A stretch of DNA of 64,000 bases from Alphaproteobacteria bacterium (GCA_965205265.1 CBDBGH010000003.1:480001-544000); one strand, 5' to 3'. Shown: positions 1 through 10,166, counted from the stretch's first letter. Program-made: numbers and translations. Notes: generated by a model from the sequence alone, not told the origin.

Positions 1-29
1 TCTCCACCGTTGCTGCCGGACGGCCGCAT

Positions 30-80
30 GGATACCCGGAACAAGTCCAGGTATGACGGAGGGGGCGTCGAGGTATGACG
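30..80. repeat. CGTC-type REP-like palindrome, right arm (family A), followed by a decayed tandem copy
   Basis: GGATACCCGGAACAAGTCCAGGTATGACG matches the arms at ~10781-10807 and ~41041-41068; followed by GGGGGCGTCGAGGTATGACGG. Confidence 0.8.
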
Positions 81-172
81 GAGGAAATGTCGTTGGTCTC
101 CCCCATTAAATCTATCAACCTATCTTTGTAATCCCCAAAACAAGAGCTTCGAGACGAAAGGCCCAGGGCCCC

Positions 173-364
173 ATGAGCGAGACAGAACGAGACGAACCCT
201 TTCCGGGCTACCGCTACGACCCGGCGGCAAGCGCCCGGTCGGACCGCGCCCAGGCGGCGACCCGCCGCGCGCTCCTCGACCATGGCGACGGCTCGCTCTT
301 CGACACCGAGCCGCAGCATATCGACACCGCGATGGCGCGCCTCGCGCCGGAGGCGGGGGCATGA
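173..364 (+). CDS. small protein coupled to amidase (possible AtzG/GatC-like accessory subunit)
   Basis: 63-aa ORF; its TGA overlaps the amidase ATG (ATGA); C-terminal LFDTEP motif. Confidence 0.55.
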   Translation: MSETERDEPFPGYRYDPAASARSDRAQAATRRALLDHGDGSLFDTEPQHIDTAMARLAPEAGA

Positions 365-1770
365 GCCTGACAGACCTCACGCTTGCCCAGGCGGCGGAAG
401 GCGTCGTCCGGGGCGACTTCACGGCGGTGGAGCTTGCCGAGGCCGCGCTCGCCCGCATCGAGGCGGTCAACCCGAAGCTAAACGCCTTTGTGCGCGTCGA
501 GGAGGAGACCGCCCGCGAAGGCGCGGCGGCCGTGGATGCGAAACGCGCCCGGGGCGAGACGCTCGGGCCGCTCGCCGGCGCGCCGCTCGCCCACAAGGAC
601 ATGTATTACCGTGCGGGCGGGCTCACGACCTGCGGCAGCAAAATCCGCCGGGATTTCCGCCCCGACGTGACCTCGACGGCGCTGGCGCGGCTGACGGAAG
701 CCGGCGCGACTTATCTGGGCGGGCTCAACATGGCGGAGTTCGCCATGGGGCCCACCGGCCACAACGAGCATTTCGGCCCCTGCCGCAACCCGTGGGATAC
801 GGACCGGATCACCGGCGGGTCGTCCTCCGGCTCCGGGTCGGCGACGGCGGGCCGGCTCTGCTACGGCGCGCTCGGCTCCGACACCGGCGGCTCGATCCGC
901 CTGCCCGCCGGCCTCTGCAACCTTGCCGGCATGAAGGCGACCCAGACGCGGGTGAGCCGCTTCGGCGTGATGGGCCTCTCCTTCTCGCTCGACAATGTGG
1001 GCCCGCTCACCCGCACTGTGCTCGACAACGCGCTGATGCTGGCGGCGATCGCCGGGCGCGACCCGCTGGACCCGACCTCGGCGGAGATGCCGGCTGCGGA
1101 CTATGCCGCCGCCGCCCGCGCGCCCGCGGCCTCGGGCGTGCGGGTCGGCGTCGCGCGGGGCTTCTTCGAGGAGGATGCGGACGAGCCGGCGCTCGCGGCC
1201 CGCGACAAGGCGCTCGCCGCGCTGGTCTCGGCGGGCGCGGAGCTTGTCGAGGTCGATGTCGGCGACATGGCGCGCATCAACGACCTGTCGGCGCCGCTCA
1301 CCGCCTGCGAGGCGGCGACGCTGCACGCGCACTGGCTGAGGGAGCGGCGGGAGGATTACGGCGCGCAGATGCGCGCGCGTTGCGAGATGGGCTTGCGCTT
1401 CAGCGCGGTCGATTACCTGTCCGCCGTGCAGCTCCGCCCCCGGATCGTGACGGAGTTCGTGGAGCGCGTGTTCCGGGTCTGCGACGTGCTGCTGGCGCCG
1501 ACCTTCAATGTCGCCACACCCACCATCGAGGAGACCGATGTCGGGGCGTCGCAGGGGTTCGAGGCGGTGATCTCGCGCATCTCGCGCTGCACGCGGCCGT
1601 TCAACTACCTCACGCTTCCGAGCCTCGCGCTGCCGACGCCGGACGCCGTGCTCGGCATGCCGGGCTCGATCCAGCTTGTCGGCCGCCCGTTCGGGGAAGC
1701 TGCGCTCTACAGCCTCGGCGCGGCCTATGAGCGGGAGACGGGCTTCCCCGCCCGCAGCCCCGACCTGTAG
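361..1770 (+). CDS. amidase signature family protein (GatA/AtzE-like)
   Basis: AHKD catalytic Lys, GGSSSGSG, GSDTGGSIRLPA signature. Confidence 0.92.
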   Translation: MSLTDLTLAQAAEGVVRGDFTAVELAEAALARIEAVNPKLNAFVRVEEETAREGAAAVDAKRARGETLGPLAGAPLAHKDMYYRAGGLTTCGSKIRRDFRPDVTSTALARLTEAGATYLGGLNMAEFAMGPTGHNEHFGPCRNPWDTDRITGGSSSGSGSATAGRLCYGALGSDTGGSIRLPAGLCNLAGMKATQTRVSRFGVMGLSFSLDNVGPLTRTVLDNALMLAAIAGRDPLDPTSAEMPAADYAAAARAPAASGVRVGVARGFFEEDADEPALAARDKALAALVSAGAELVEVDVGDMARINDLSAPLTACEAATLHAHWLRERREDYGAQMRARCEMGLRFSAVDYLSAVQLRPRIVTEFVERVFRVCDVLLAPTFNVATPTIEETDVGASQGFEAVISRISRCTRPFNYLTLPSLALPTPDAVLGMPGSIQLVGRPFGEAALYSLGAAYERETGFPARSPDL

Positions 1771-1959
1771 AGCGCAAAGCCGGGGCGGGCTTGCATCGGG
1801 CGGGGACGGGGCATACCGTTGCCGCCCGACGGTCCGCTGCCGGTGCAGCGCGGGGCGGGAGCCCGCTCGGAACGGCTGTTGCGGGGCGTTTCAGCCGATA
1901 TTCCAGCGCGTCGAGACCGGCATCCGTCGGACGGCAGGCAACCTTCGGGGAGGCCGACA

Positions 1960-2835
1960 ATGGACGATGCGGCAATCCAGGGAAACGGGGCGGCACCGGA
2001 CCAGGAGGCCGCCGCGCCATCCGTCACAAGCGTCTTTCGCGAAGGCGTCTATCCCTATGCGGACCGGATGCCGAGGGCCGAATATGAGCGGCTCAAGGCG
2101 GCGCTCCAGGTCGAACTGCTGAAGGCGCAGCACTGGGTCAAGGAGGCCGGCGCCAAGGTCATCGTGCTGTTCGAGGGGCGCGACGCCGCCGGCAAGGGCG
2201 GCACGATCAAACGCTTCATGGAGCATCTGAACCCGCGCGGCGCGCGTGTCGTGGCGCTGGAGAAGCCGAGCGAGCGCGAGCAGAGCCAGTGGTTCTTCCA
2301 GCGCTATATCCAGCACCTGCCGGCGGCGGGCGAGATCGTGATGTTCGACCGGTCCTGGTACAACCGCGCCGGCGTCGAGCGCGTGATGGGCTTCTGCTCC
2401 GGCGCGGAATATCTGGAGTTCATGCGCCAGTGCCCGGAGCTGGAGCGAATGCTGGTCCGCAGCGGCATCCACCTGTTCAAATACTGGTTCTCGGTTTCGC
2501 AGGACGAGCAGGCGAGCCGCTTCGACAGCCGGCTGACCGACCCGTTGAAGCAGTGGAAGATCTCGCCCATCGACCTCGCGTCGCTGGACAAGTGGGAGGC
2601 CTACACTCAGGCCAAGGAGGCGATGTTCTTCTACACCGACACGGCCGATGCGCCCTGGACCGTTATCAAGTCCGACGACAAGAAGCGCGCCCGCCTCGGC
2701 TGCATGCAGCATTTCCTGTCCAGCCTGCCCTATCCGGACCGCGACCCGGAGGTGGTCGCGGGACCCGACCCGCTGGTCGTCGGCCCGGCCGAGCATGTCG
2801 TGGACCGCAGCGAGCCGATGGGGTCGGGCGCCTGA
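1960..2835 (+). CDS. ppk2: polyphosphate kinase 2
   Basis: FEGRDAAGKGG Walker A, FDRSWYNRAGVERVMGFC, DPLKQWK; ATG 1960 with GGAGG upstream. Confidence 0.95.
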   Translation: MDDAAIQGNGAAPDQEAAAPSVTSVFREGVYPYADRMPRAEYERLKAALQVELLKAQHWVKEAGAKVIVLFEGRDAAGKGGTIKRFMEHLNPRGARVVALEKPSEREQSQWFFQRYIQHLPAAGEIVMFDRSWYNRAGVERVMGFCSGAEYLEFMRQCPELERMLVRSGIHLFKYWFSVSQDEQASRFDSRLTDPLKQWKISPIDLASLDKWEAYTQAKEAMFFYTDTADAPWTVIKSDDKKRARLGCMQHFLSSLPYPDRDPEVVAGPDPLVVGPAEHVVDRSEPMGSGA

Positions 2836-2845
2836 CGGGTAAGCC

Positions 2846-3376
2846 TTGAGACGCCGGAAGCCGGGGGTCTGGGACCGGGCGCGACTGCGGCGCGCGGCGC
2901 TCGCCTATCTCTCCCGCTATGCCGCGCCCTCGGCGCATGTCCGGCGCCTGTTGCGGCGCCGGCTGGAACGGGGCGCGGCGCACGGGGCGGAGATTCGCGC
3001 AGGCGACGAGGATATCGACGCGGTGCTCGCCGACCTCGTCCGCCTGGGCCTGATCGACGACCGCGCCTGGGCGGAGGCGCAGGCCAGGGCGCTGCGCCGT
3101 CGGGGGGCTTCGGCGCGCGGGCTCGCGGCGCGGCTTTCGTCGAAGGGCGCCCCGCGGGAGGAGATCGAGCGGCTGCTCGCCCGGGAAGACGATGCGGCGG
3201 AACTGGAGGCCGCGAAGGCGCTGGCGCGGCGCAGGCGGCTCGGGCCGTGGCGCCACCCGGCCGAGCGCGCGGCGCGGCGGGAGAAGGACCTGGCCGCGAT
3301 GGCGCGGGCCGGGTTCCGGCTGGACGCGGCGCGGCAGGTCATCGACGCGGACGGGCCGCGGGAAGCGGATCAGTAG
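2846..3376 (+). CDS. recX: RecX family regulatory protein
   Basis: AALAYLSRYA..., LIDDRAWAE, RRRRLGPWR, KDLAAMARAGF resemble alphaproteobacterial RecX; TTG start uncertain. Confidence 0.8.
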   Translation: MRRRKPGVWDRARLRRAALAYLSRYAAPSAHVRRLLRRRLERGAAHGAEIRAGDEDIDAVLADLVRLGLIDDRAWAEAQARALRRRGASARGLAARLSSKGAPREEIERLLAREDDAAELEAAKALARRRRLGPWRHPAERAARREKDLAAMARAGFRLDAARQVIDADGPREADQ

Positions 3377-4242
3377 GGGACGGTGCCCTTCACGACCGTG
3401 CGGTGCAGCACCCGGCGTTCGTTCTCCATGTCGAAATTGGCGACCGCGCGGTGCAGCAGGCAGCGATTGTCCCAGAGCACGAGGTCGCCTTTCTGCCATT
3501 GGTGGGTGTAGATGAAGTCGGCCTTGGTCGCGCGGCGCAGCAGCCGGTTCAGGAAGGCGTGGCCCTCCTCCTTCGGCATGCCTTCGATATGGCTCGTGTG
3601 GATGCCGAGATAGAGCGCTTTGCGCCCGGTGACGGGATGGGAGCGCACCACCGGGTGGCGCACGGGCGGGCGCTCGCGCTTCTGGATTTCGGTGGCCGGC
3701 GACTGCCTGGTGTTGCGCCGGTTGGCCTCCCAGCTGTGGATGGCGCAGAGGTCCGACACTTCCTCCTGCGTCTCCCGGTCGAGCGAGTCCCAGGCCATGT
3801 GCATGTTGGCGAACTGGGTGTCGCCGCCCTGCGCCGGCGTCTCGACCGCGTGCAGCATGGTCAGCAGCGACGGCACAGCATGGTAGGACTTGTCCGTGTG
3901 CCAGAAATAGTTGCCGCCCGAGATGCGGACCGGGTTGCCGTCCTCGTCGAGATTGTGGACGACATGAAGCAGCGGGTATTTCTCGCCGTTCGGCAGCCGC
4001 CCGACATGCTCCTCGATCTCGCCGAAACGCCGCGTGAAGGCAAGCTGCGCCTCGCCCGGCAGGTCCTGGTCGCGGAACACGAGGATGTGGTGCTCCAGGA
4101 AGGCGTCCATGATGGCGTCGAAGACCTCGTCGCCGAAGGGCGCGGCCAGGTCAATGCCGCGGATTTCGACGCCGCCTACCGGCGACAGCGGCGTCATCGC
4201 GAAGGGCGGCGGGGACGCGATCTCGCGGGCGGGCGCGGCCAT
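3370..4242 (-). CDS. TauD/TfdA family 2-oxoglutarate-dependent dioxygenase
   Basis: WHTDKSY (HxD), GGDTQFANM, WDNRCLLHRA. Confidence 0.92.
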   Translation of the reverse strand: MAAPAREIASPPPFAMTPLSPVGGVEIRGIDLAAPFGDEVFDAIMDAFLEHHILVFRDQDLPGEAQLAFTRRFGEIEEHVGRLPNGEKYPLLHVVHNLDEDGNPVRISGGNYFWHTDKSYHAVPSLLTMLHAVETPAQGGDTQFANMHMAWDSLDRETQEEVSDLCAIHSWEANRRNTRQSPATEIQKRERPPVRHPVVRSHPVTGRKALYLGIHTSHIEGMPKEEGHAFLNRLLRRATKADFIYTHQWQKGDLVLWDNRCLLHRAVANFDMENERRVLHRTVVKGTVPY

Positions 4243-4277
4243 GGCGTCGGGCTCCTGCTGACGGTGCTTTGCCGGCA

Positions 4278-4309
4278 AGCCTAGCCCGGAACTCTCGCCA
4301 TTGTCACGG
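4278..4309 (-). promoter_or_regulatory. recurrent promoter-like motif, copy 1, upstream of TauD gene
   Basis: minus strand CCGTGACA-ATGGCGAGAGT-TCCGGGCTAGGCT. Confidence 0.55.
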
Positions 4310-4359
4310 CCGAGGCGCTATGCTGCCCGGCGCACGCGCTCTGTGAAGGACCGACCGGC

Positions 4360-5670
4360 ATGAAATTCGGACTGCTTTACGAACACCAGCTGCCGCGAAG
4401 CTGGGAGGAGAAGTCGGACTACGACCTGCTGCACGAGGCCATCGAGCAGGTGGAGCTCGCCGACCGGCTGGGCTTCGACTATGTGTGGGAGAACGAGCAC
4501 CACTTCCTGGAGGAGTATTCGCACTCCTCCGCGCCGGAAGTCTTCCTCGCCGCCTGCGCGCGCAACACGAAGCGGATCAGGCTGGGACACGCCGTCGTGC
4601 TTTCCCCGCCGCCCTACAACCACCCGGCCCGCGTCGCCGAGCGCATCGCCACGCTCGACCTCATCAGCCACGGCCGGGTGGACTGGGGCACGGGCGAGAG
4701 CGCCTCGCGCATGGAGATGGAAGGCTTCGGCGTGCCGATGGAAGACAAGAAGGCGATGTGGTTCGAGGCGACCGAGCAGTCCGCCAACATGCTGACCATG
4801 GAGCCCTATCCGGGCTTCGAGGGGCAGTTCTTCTCCATGCCCTGCCGCAATGTGCTGCCGAAGCCCTACCAGAAGCCGCATCCGCCGCTCTGGGTCGCCT
4901 GCTCGCGCATGGAAACGATCCACGCCGCGGCCAGGGCCGGCATCGGCGCGCTCACCTTCGCCTTCGTCAACCCCGAGGTGGCGCGGCAGTGGGTCGAGGA
5001 ATACTACGCCATCATCAGGTCCGAGGAATGCGTGCCCATCGGCCATGCCGTCAACGCCAATATCGCCATGTGCACCGGCTTTTCGGTCCACCGCGACGCG
5101 GAGGAGGCCAAGCGGCGCGGGGCGGACGGCTTCCGCTATTTCGGCTACTCGCTCGGCCACTACTATGTCTTCGGCGAGCACAAGCCGGGCGTGACCGGGG
5201 TCTGGGAGCGCTTCGAGGAGGCGCGCGCGCATATGGACGATGTCGGCAAGGGCAGCGGCATCGGCACGCCGGAGGAGGTGCGCGAGCATCTGCAGGAGTT
5301 CGCGGATGCGGGCGTGGACCAGGTGATCTTCATCCAGCAGGGCGGCAAGAACGAGCACACCCATATCTGCGAGGCGATGGAGTTGTTCTCGGCCGAGGTC
5401 ATGCCGCATTTCAAGGCAGGCGAGGCCGAACGCGAGGCGCGGAAGGCCGAGGAGCTCGCGCCCTATATCGAGGCGGCGCTGGCGCGCAAGCCGCGCATGG
5501 AGCCGCTGGCGGAGACCGACATTCCGCCGGTCGGCGCCTTCGGGCGCAACATCGTCCAGACCGACCAGGACCCGGACGCCCGCTCCACCCACCACGCCGC
5601 CGCCGACATCACCGTGCCCGCCGCCGACCCGATGGCGAGGGAGGAAGCGGCGGCCGCCGGGGAGGACTGA
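4360..5670 (+). CDS. LLM class flavin-dependent oxidoreductase
   Basis: MKFGLLYE, ENEHHFLEEYSHSSAPEVFLAA, PKPYQKPHPPLW. Confidence 0.92.
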   Translation: MKFGLLYEHQLPRSWEEKSDYDLLHEAIEQVELADRLGFDYVWENEHHFLEEYSHSSAPEVFLAACARNTKRIRLGHAVVLSPPPYNHPARVAERIATLDLISHGRVDWGTGESASRMEMEGFGVPMEDKKAMWFEATEQSANMLTMEPYPGFEGQFFSMPCRNVLPKPYQKPHPPLWVACSRMETIHAAARAGIGALTFAFVNPEVARQWVEEYYAIIRSEECVPIGHAVNANIAMCTGFSVHRDAEEAKRRGADGFRYFGYSLGHYYVFGEHKPGVTGVWERFEEARAHMDDVGKGSGIGTPEEVREHLQEFADAGVDQVIFIQQGGKNEHTHICEAMELFSAEVMPHFKAGEAEREARKAEELAPYIEAALARKPRMEPLAETDIPPVGAFGRNIVQTDQDPDARSTHHAAADITVPAADPMAREEAAAAGED

Positions 5671-6032
5671 TGCAGGGCAGCGACATACTGCCCGCAAACG
5701 GCAGCGGGGAGAGCGGCGGCAATGCGAAGGTCGTCTATATCCTCTACCTCGCCGCCATCGTCATCGGGCTGCTGGCGCTGATCGGCGTCATCATCGCCTA
5801 TGTCAGCCGCAACGACAGCGGCGGCTGGGTGGGCGACCACTACCGCTTCCAGATACGCACGTTCTGGATCGGCCTGCTCTATTCGGCCGTCGGCGCCGTC
5901 TCGACGGTCTTCCTGGTCGGCTGGCTGATGCTGCTGGCGACGCTCGTCTGGTGGATCGTCCGCTGCGTCAAGGGCCTCCAATGCGTGTCCCGCTCCGAGC
6001 CTTATCCGAACATAGAGACCTGGATGTGGTGA
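5670..6032 (+). CDS. DUF4870-like membrane protein
   Basis: Hydrophobic segments; IGVIIAYV, HYRFQIRTFW, WWIVRCVKG; ATG overlaps the upstream TGA. Confidence 0.8.
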   Translation: MQGSDILPANGSGESGGNAKVVYILYLAAIVIGLLALIGVIIAYVSRNDSGGWVGDHYRFQIRTFWIGLLYSAVGAVSTVFLVGWLMLLATLVWWIVRCVKGLQCVSRSEPYPNIETWMW

Positions 6033-6046
6033 GGCGGCGCGACTGC

Positions 6047-6364
6047 TCAGCCTGCACCGGCCTGCTTTGCGTCCATGTAGCTGCGAAGCACGGCGTTCAT
6101 TCTGGTCTGGTATCCGCGCCCCTGCGATTTGAAGAAGGCCAGCACGTCGTCGTCCACGCGAATTGACACGAGCGTTTTGCGCGGCGGAACGACCAATTTG
6201 GCCTTCGACCAGTCGATCGCGGAGGGATCGCTTTCGTCCGCGTCGATTTCCGGCTCCAGGCCTGCGGCCTGCTCGCGGCGCAGATGCTCCCAATCCGTCT
6301 TGCTGTCTTTCTGAAGGGCACGCGCCTCCTCAAGCGAGACTCTGGTAATACGCTCTTTGCTCAT
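6047..6364 (-). CDS. brnA: BrnA antitoxin family protein
   Basis: VSIRVDDDVLAFFKSQGRGYQTRMNAVLR. Confidence 0.9.
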   Translation of the reverse strand: MSKERITRVSLEEARALQKDSKTDWEHLRREQAAGLEPEIDADESDPSAIDWSKAKLVVPPRKTLVSIRVDDDVLAFFKSQGRGYQTRMNAVLRSYMDAKQAGAG

Positions 6365-6632
6365 TGTTCCGGGCCCTTCTTGCAGTGATTATCCTGTAGG
6401 CATCGTCCCGGACGGTGTAGATGACGGCGAGCGCCACTCCATTGAGAACACCGAGAACGATCCAGCGCGCTTCGCCCTCGCGGGACGATACGGCCCGCAG
6501 GAATGGCGCATCGAAGAACTCGACAGCATCGCGGAAGTCGATGCGATGTTTCCTGACGGTTGCCTCGCGCTTGTCTTCGTCCCACTCGAAGCGCGGCATG
6601 GACGCGAGTTCGACTCGCTCGAAGTCGGGCAT
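6330..6632 (-). CDS. brnT: BrnT family toxin
   Basis: FEWDEDK...KHRIDF, GEARW, RIITARRA; start 6632 or 6599. Confidence 0.88.
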   Translation of the reverse strand: MPDFERVELASMPRFEWDEDKREATVRKHRIDFRDAVEFFDAPFLRAVSSREGEARWIVLGVLNGVALAVIYTVRDDAYRIITARRARNNEQRAYYQSLA

Positions 6633-6669
6633 GGCGCGCGCCGCGTTTGCCGGGCTGGGTGTAAGAACA

Positions 6670-6701
6670 ATTATATATACAGAATAGCCTTGGCATGTCA
6701 A
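6670..6701 (-). promoter_or_regulatory. sigma70-like promoter of brnTA
   Basis: minus strand TTGACA (6701-6696), then an AT-rich TATATATAAT block 16-20 nt downstream in a GC-rich background. Confidence 0.6.
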
Positions 6702-6756
6702 CGCAGGAAGCGCTGCGCGTCCTTCCCGTCCCGCCGGTCCGACAGCGCCGCGCAGA

Positions 6757-6788
6757 CCATGACATCTGTGAGAAATCCGGGCTAAGCT
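6757..6788 (+). promoter_or_regulatory. recurrent promoter-like motif, copy 2
   Basis: CCATGACA-TCTGTGAGAAA-TCCGGGCTAAGCT, 38 nt before ATG 6827. Confidence 0.55.
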
Positions 6789-6826
6789 CGGCCGGCGAAG
6801 GTATGGACGGCAGAAGGAGCAGGCCC

Positions 6827-8524
6827 ATGAGCTACGATCTCGTCATCAGGAACGGCACCGTCGTGGACGGCTCGGGGCTTGCGCGCTACCGGGCGGATGT
6901 GGGGGTGAAGGACGGGCGGATTGTGCGGATCGGGCGCATCGCCGCCCCGGCGGACGAGACCGTGGACGCCGAGGGCCATGTGGTCGCGCCCGGCTTCGTG
7001 GACGGCCACACCCACATGGACGCGCAGCTCTTCTGGGATGAGCTCGGCTCCTGCTCCTGCTACCACGGCGTCACCACGGCGGTGATGGGCAATTGCGGCT
7101 TCACGCTCGCCCCCTGCCGCGAGGCCGAGGCCGACCTCGTGTTCCGCAACCTGGAGCGCGCGGAGGACATCGACCGGAACGCCATGCTGACCGGCATCGA
7201 CTGGAGCTGGGAAACCTTCCCGGAGTTCATGAAGGCCGTGGACGCCGCGCCCAAGGGCATCAACTATGCCGGCTATATCGGCCATGCCGCGCTGCGCACC
7301 TATGTCATGGGCGAGCGCGCCTTCGAGGAGGAAGCCGGCGAGGACGACCTGAAGGCGATGGAGGCGCATGTGCGGGACGCGGTGCGCGCGGGCGCGCTCG
7401 GCTTCTCGACGTCGCGCAGCCCGAGCCACCTCACCTCCGACGACCGCCCGGTGGCGAGCCGCGTGGCGGCCTTCTCCGAGGTGCAGCATCTGGTGCGCGC
7501 CATGGGCGATGAGGGCGCCGGCATCTTCCAGCTCGCCATGGAGCGCGGCGGCGACAACGAGATGATGGCCTTCTACCGGAGCCTGATCGACCTCTCCGCC
7601 GAGACCGGCCGGCCCGTGACCTTCGGCTCCCTCAGCCGCAAGGAGCGGCCCGGCCAGTGGCGCGCCTTCTACGACCTGATCTCGGAAGGCAACCGCAACG
7701 GCGCCAATGTCTTCACCCAGGTCCATGCGCGCGAGATCAACACCGTGCTCTCCTTCGAGACGAGCACGCCCTTCGACAAGCGCGAAGTCTGGCGCGAGGT
7801 CCGCGCGCTGCCGCTGGAAGAGCAGAAGCGGGCCTTCGCCGACCCGGAAATGCGCGCGCGCCTGATCGAGGTGGCGAGCCGGGAGCATGACGGCGCGGCG
7901 GTGGTCGGCGCCGAGGCCCGCCCGCCGGAATGGGACATCTTTTTCTGGATGGACCGCATCAGGCTGCCGCACCGCTCGCTTGCCGAGATCGCGGCGGAGC
8001 GCGGCGTCCACCCGGCCGAGGCGATGGTCGATATCGCGGTCGAGCACGACCTCAAGGCGTTCTTCCGCCAGCCGATCGCCAACGAGAACCTGGACGATGC
8101 ACTGGAGCTGATGCGCCACCCCTATGCCTGCACGACCTTCTCGGACTCGGGCGCGCATGTCTCGCAGATCGTCGATTGCTCGCTCCAGACCCACCTGCTG
8201 AGCCACTGGGTGCGCGAGCGCGAGGAGTTCACCCTGGAAGAGGGCGTGCGCAAGATCACCTACGACACCGCGACACGCTGGGGCTTCCACGACCGCGGCC
8301 TGCTGCGCGAGGGCCTGAAGGCGGACATCGTCGTGTTCGATCCCGACCGCGTTGCGCCGGCGATGCCGGAAGTGGTGCATGACCTGCCGGCAGGCGCGAA
8401 GCGGCTGAAGCAGTATGCCGTCGGCATGAAGGCGACGGTGGTGAACGGCGTGCCGACCCTGGTGGACAACGAGCCGACCGGGCGCCTCGCCGGCCGGCTT
8501 CTGCGCGGCCCGCTCGCCGCCTGA
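6827..8524 (+). CDS. N-acyl-D-amino-acid deacylase family amidohydrolase
   Basis: YDLVIRNGTVVDGSG, APGFVDGHTHMD, GVTTAVMGNCG, SDSGAH, RGLLREG.KADIVVFD. Confidence 0.9.
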   Translation: MSYDLVIRNGTVVDGSGLARYRADVGVKDGRIVRIGRIAAPADETVDAEGHVVAPGFVDGHTHMDAQLFWDELGSCSCYHGVTTAVMGNCGFTLAPCREAEADLVFRNLERAEDIDRNAMLTGIDWSWETFPEFMKAVDAAPKGINYAGYIGHAALRTYVMGERAFEEEAGEDDLKAMEAHVRDAVRAGALGFSTSRSPSHLTSDDRPVASRVAAFSEVQHLVRAMGDEGAGIFQLAMERGGDNEMMAFYRSLIDLSAETGRPVTFGSLSRKERPGQWRAFYDLISEGNRNGANVFTQVHAREINTVLSFETSTPFDKREVWREVRALPLEEQKRAFADPEMRARLIEVASREHDGAAVVGAEARPPEWDIFFWMDRIRLPHRSLAEIAAERGVHPAEAMVDIAVEHDLKAFFRQPIANENLDDALELMRHPYACTTFSDSGAHVSQIVDCSLQTHLLSHWVREREEFTLEEGVRKITYDTATRWGFHDRGLLREGLKADIVVFDPDRVAPAMPEVVHDLPAGAKRLKQYAVGMKATVVNGVPTLVDNEPTGRLAGRLLRGPLAA

Positions 8525-9633
8525 TGCGCATAGAACCGTTCCGCGCGGCGGTCGAGGAGGCGGCGCTCGACGACCTGAAGCGCCGCCTCGCCGCCACCCG
8601 TCCGCCCGTCTGGCCGGAGGGCGGCGGCTGGGAGTTCGGCATCGAGCGCGAGACGCTGGCCGAAACGCTCGCCTACTGGCAGGACGGCTTCGACTGGCGT
8701 GCCGTCGAGGCGCGGCTCAACGCCTGGCCGCAATTCCGCACCGAAATCGACGGCATCCCGGTCCACTTCATCCACACGCGCCATGCCGACCCGGACGCGC
8801 CGGCGCTGATCCTGACGCATGGCTGGCCGGGCTCGGTGCTGGAGTTCCTGGACGCGCTGCCGGCGCTCTCGGCGCGGGCGCATGTGGTGGTCCCGCACCT
8901 GCCGGGCTACGGCTTCTCCTCGCCCACGACCCGGCCGGTCTATGCGCGCGAGGTGGCGGGGCTCTGGCGCCGGCTGATGGCGGCGCTCGGCTATGAGCGT
9001 TTCGTGGCGCAGGGCGGCGACTGGGGCTCGCTGGTCACCTGCTGGCTCGGCTACGACCATGCCGACGCCGTGCGCGCCATCCACCTCAACATGCTCATCA
9101 TGCGCCCCGATCTGGCGCGCCTCCAGGAGCCGCTCGACGAGGCGGAGAAGGCGTGGATCGGGGCCATGCGCCGCACGGTGGACCTCGAGGGCGGCTATCT
9201 GCGCATCCAGGCGACCAAGCCGCAAAGCCTCGCGGTCGGCCTTTCGGACTCGCCGGCGGGGCTCTGCGCCTGGATCCTGGAGAAGTTCTACGGCTGGCCG
9301 GACGCGGGCTCGAATCTCGACCGCGACCTCGTGCTCGGCAATATCGCGCTTTACTGGTTCACCAACACGCTCGCCAGCTCCGCCTGGATGTATGCGACGG
9401 TGCTGGACCGCAAGCACTACATGCTGCCGGCGGGCGAGCGGATCACCGTGCCGACGGGCATGGCGCATTTCCCGAACGACACCTATCCGATGGCGCCCCG
9501 GCGCTGGCTGGAGCGGATCGCGCCGGTTATGCGCTGGACCGACATGCCGCGCGGCGGCCACTTCGCCGCCATGGAGGAGCCGGCGCTGTTCGCGGAAGAA
9601 GTGCTGGCCTTTCTGGACCAACTGGACGGTTGA
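8524..9633 (+). CDS. epoxide hydrolase (EHN family alpha/beta hydrolase)
   Basis: HGWPGS, PGYGFS, QGGDWG, GGHFAAMEEP. Confidence 0.92.
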   Translation: MRIEPFRAAVEEAALDDLKRRLAATRPPVWPEGGGWEFGIERETLAETLAYWQDGFDWRAVEARLNAWPQFRTEIDGIPVHFIHTRHADPDAPALILTHGWPGSVLEFLDALPALSARAHVVVPHLPGYGFSSPTTRPVYAREVAGLWRRLMAALGYERFVAQGGDWGSLVTCWLGYDHADAVRAIHLNMLIMRPDLARLQEPLDEAEKAWIGAMRRTVDLEGGYLRIQATKPQSLAVGLSDSPAGLCAWILEKFYGWPDAGSNLDRDLVLGNIALYWFTNTLASSAWMYATVLDRKHYMLPAGERITVPTGMAHFPNDTYPMAPRRWLERIAPVMRWTDMPRGGHFAAMEEPALFAEEVLAFLDQLDG

Positions 9634-9650
9634 GGCGGGGGGCTCCTTCC

Positions 9651-9908
9651 TCTTCTCCCCTCCCGCTGGGCGGGGGGGGGGGGGGCGGGGGAGGGCCTCT
9701 CGGCGTGACGGGTGTCCGCCGGCCTTCGCCCGCCGCTTGCGCCGCCTGCCGGCGGCCCCCTCTCCCGGCCTCTCCCCGCAAGCGGGGAGAGAGGAAATTG
9801 CGGCGGCGGTTCCTTCCTCTTCTCCCTTTGCCTGGCCAAGGGAAGCCGCCCCGTCTTCTCCCCTCCCGCTGGGCGGGAGGGGCGGGGAGGGTCTCTCGGC
9901 GTGACGGG
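9651..9908. repeat. composite G/C-rich palindromic repeat cluster
   Basis: TCTTCTCCCCTCCCGCTGGGCGGG...CTCTCGGCGTGACGGG at 9651-9712 and 9854-9908; central hairpin CTCTCCCCGC/GCGGGGAGAG at 9770-9791; G14 run at 9672-9685. Confidence 0.75.
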
Positions 9909-9948
9909 CCTTCGCCCCGCGCCCTGTGGATATTTTTCTTCCCGAGGG

Positions 9949-9977
9949 TTGCAATTCGGGAAAATAAGCCCTAATTT
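9949..9977 (+). promoter_or_regulatory. putative sigma70 promoter in AT-rich patch
   Basis: TTGCAA-N17-TAATTT. Confidence 0.4.
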
Positions 9978-10166
9978 CCTGCCCATAAAGGTTTAAAAAG
10001 GGAACAGTGACCTGACGAAACGCGCCGCATTGCGGCCACGCGACGGGATTGGGGCAGTCGAACGCGCCGGGGGCGGCAGACGGGGGAGCTGCGCGCGCCG
10101 GCCGGGCAGGGGCGCGCAATGTTCCATTGGAGAAGACAGGGGGCCGGGCGCGGCCGGGGAGGGAAG

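Noticed and set aside
9672-9685. G14 tract as a phase-variation switch
   Set aside because: It is intergenic within a repeat whose second copy reads GGGAGGGG; likely slippage or a homopolymer error, and no ORF or promoter depends on it
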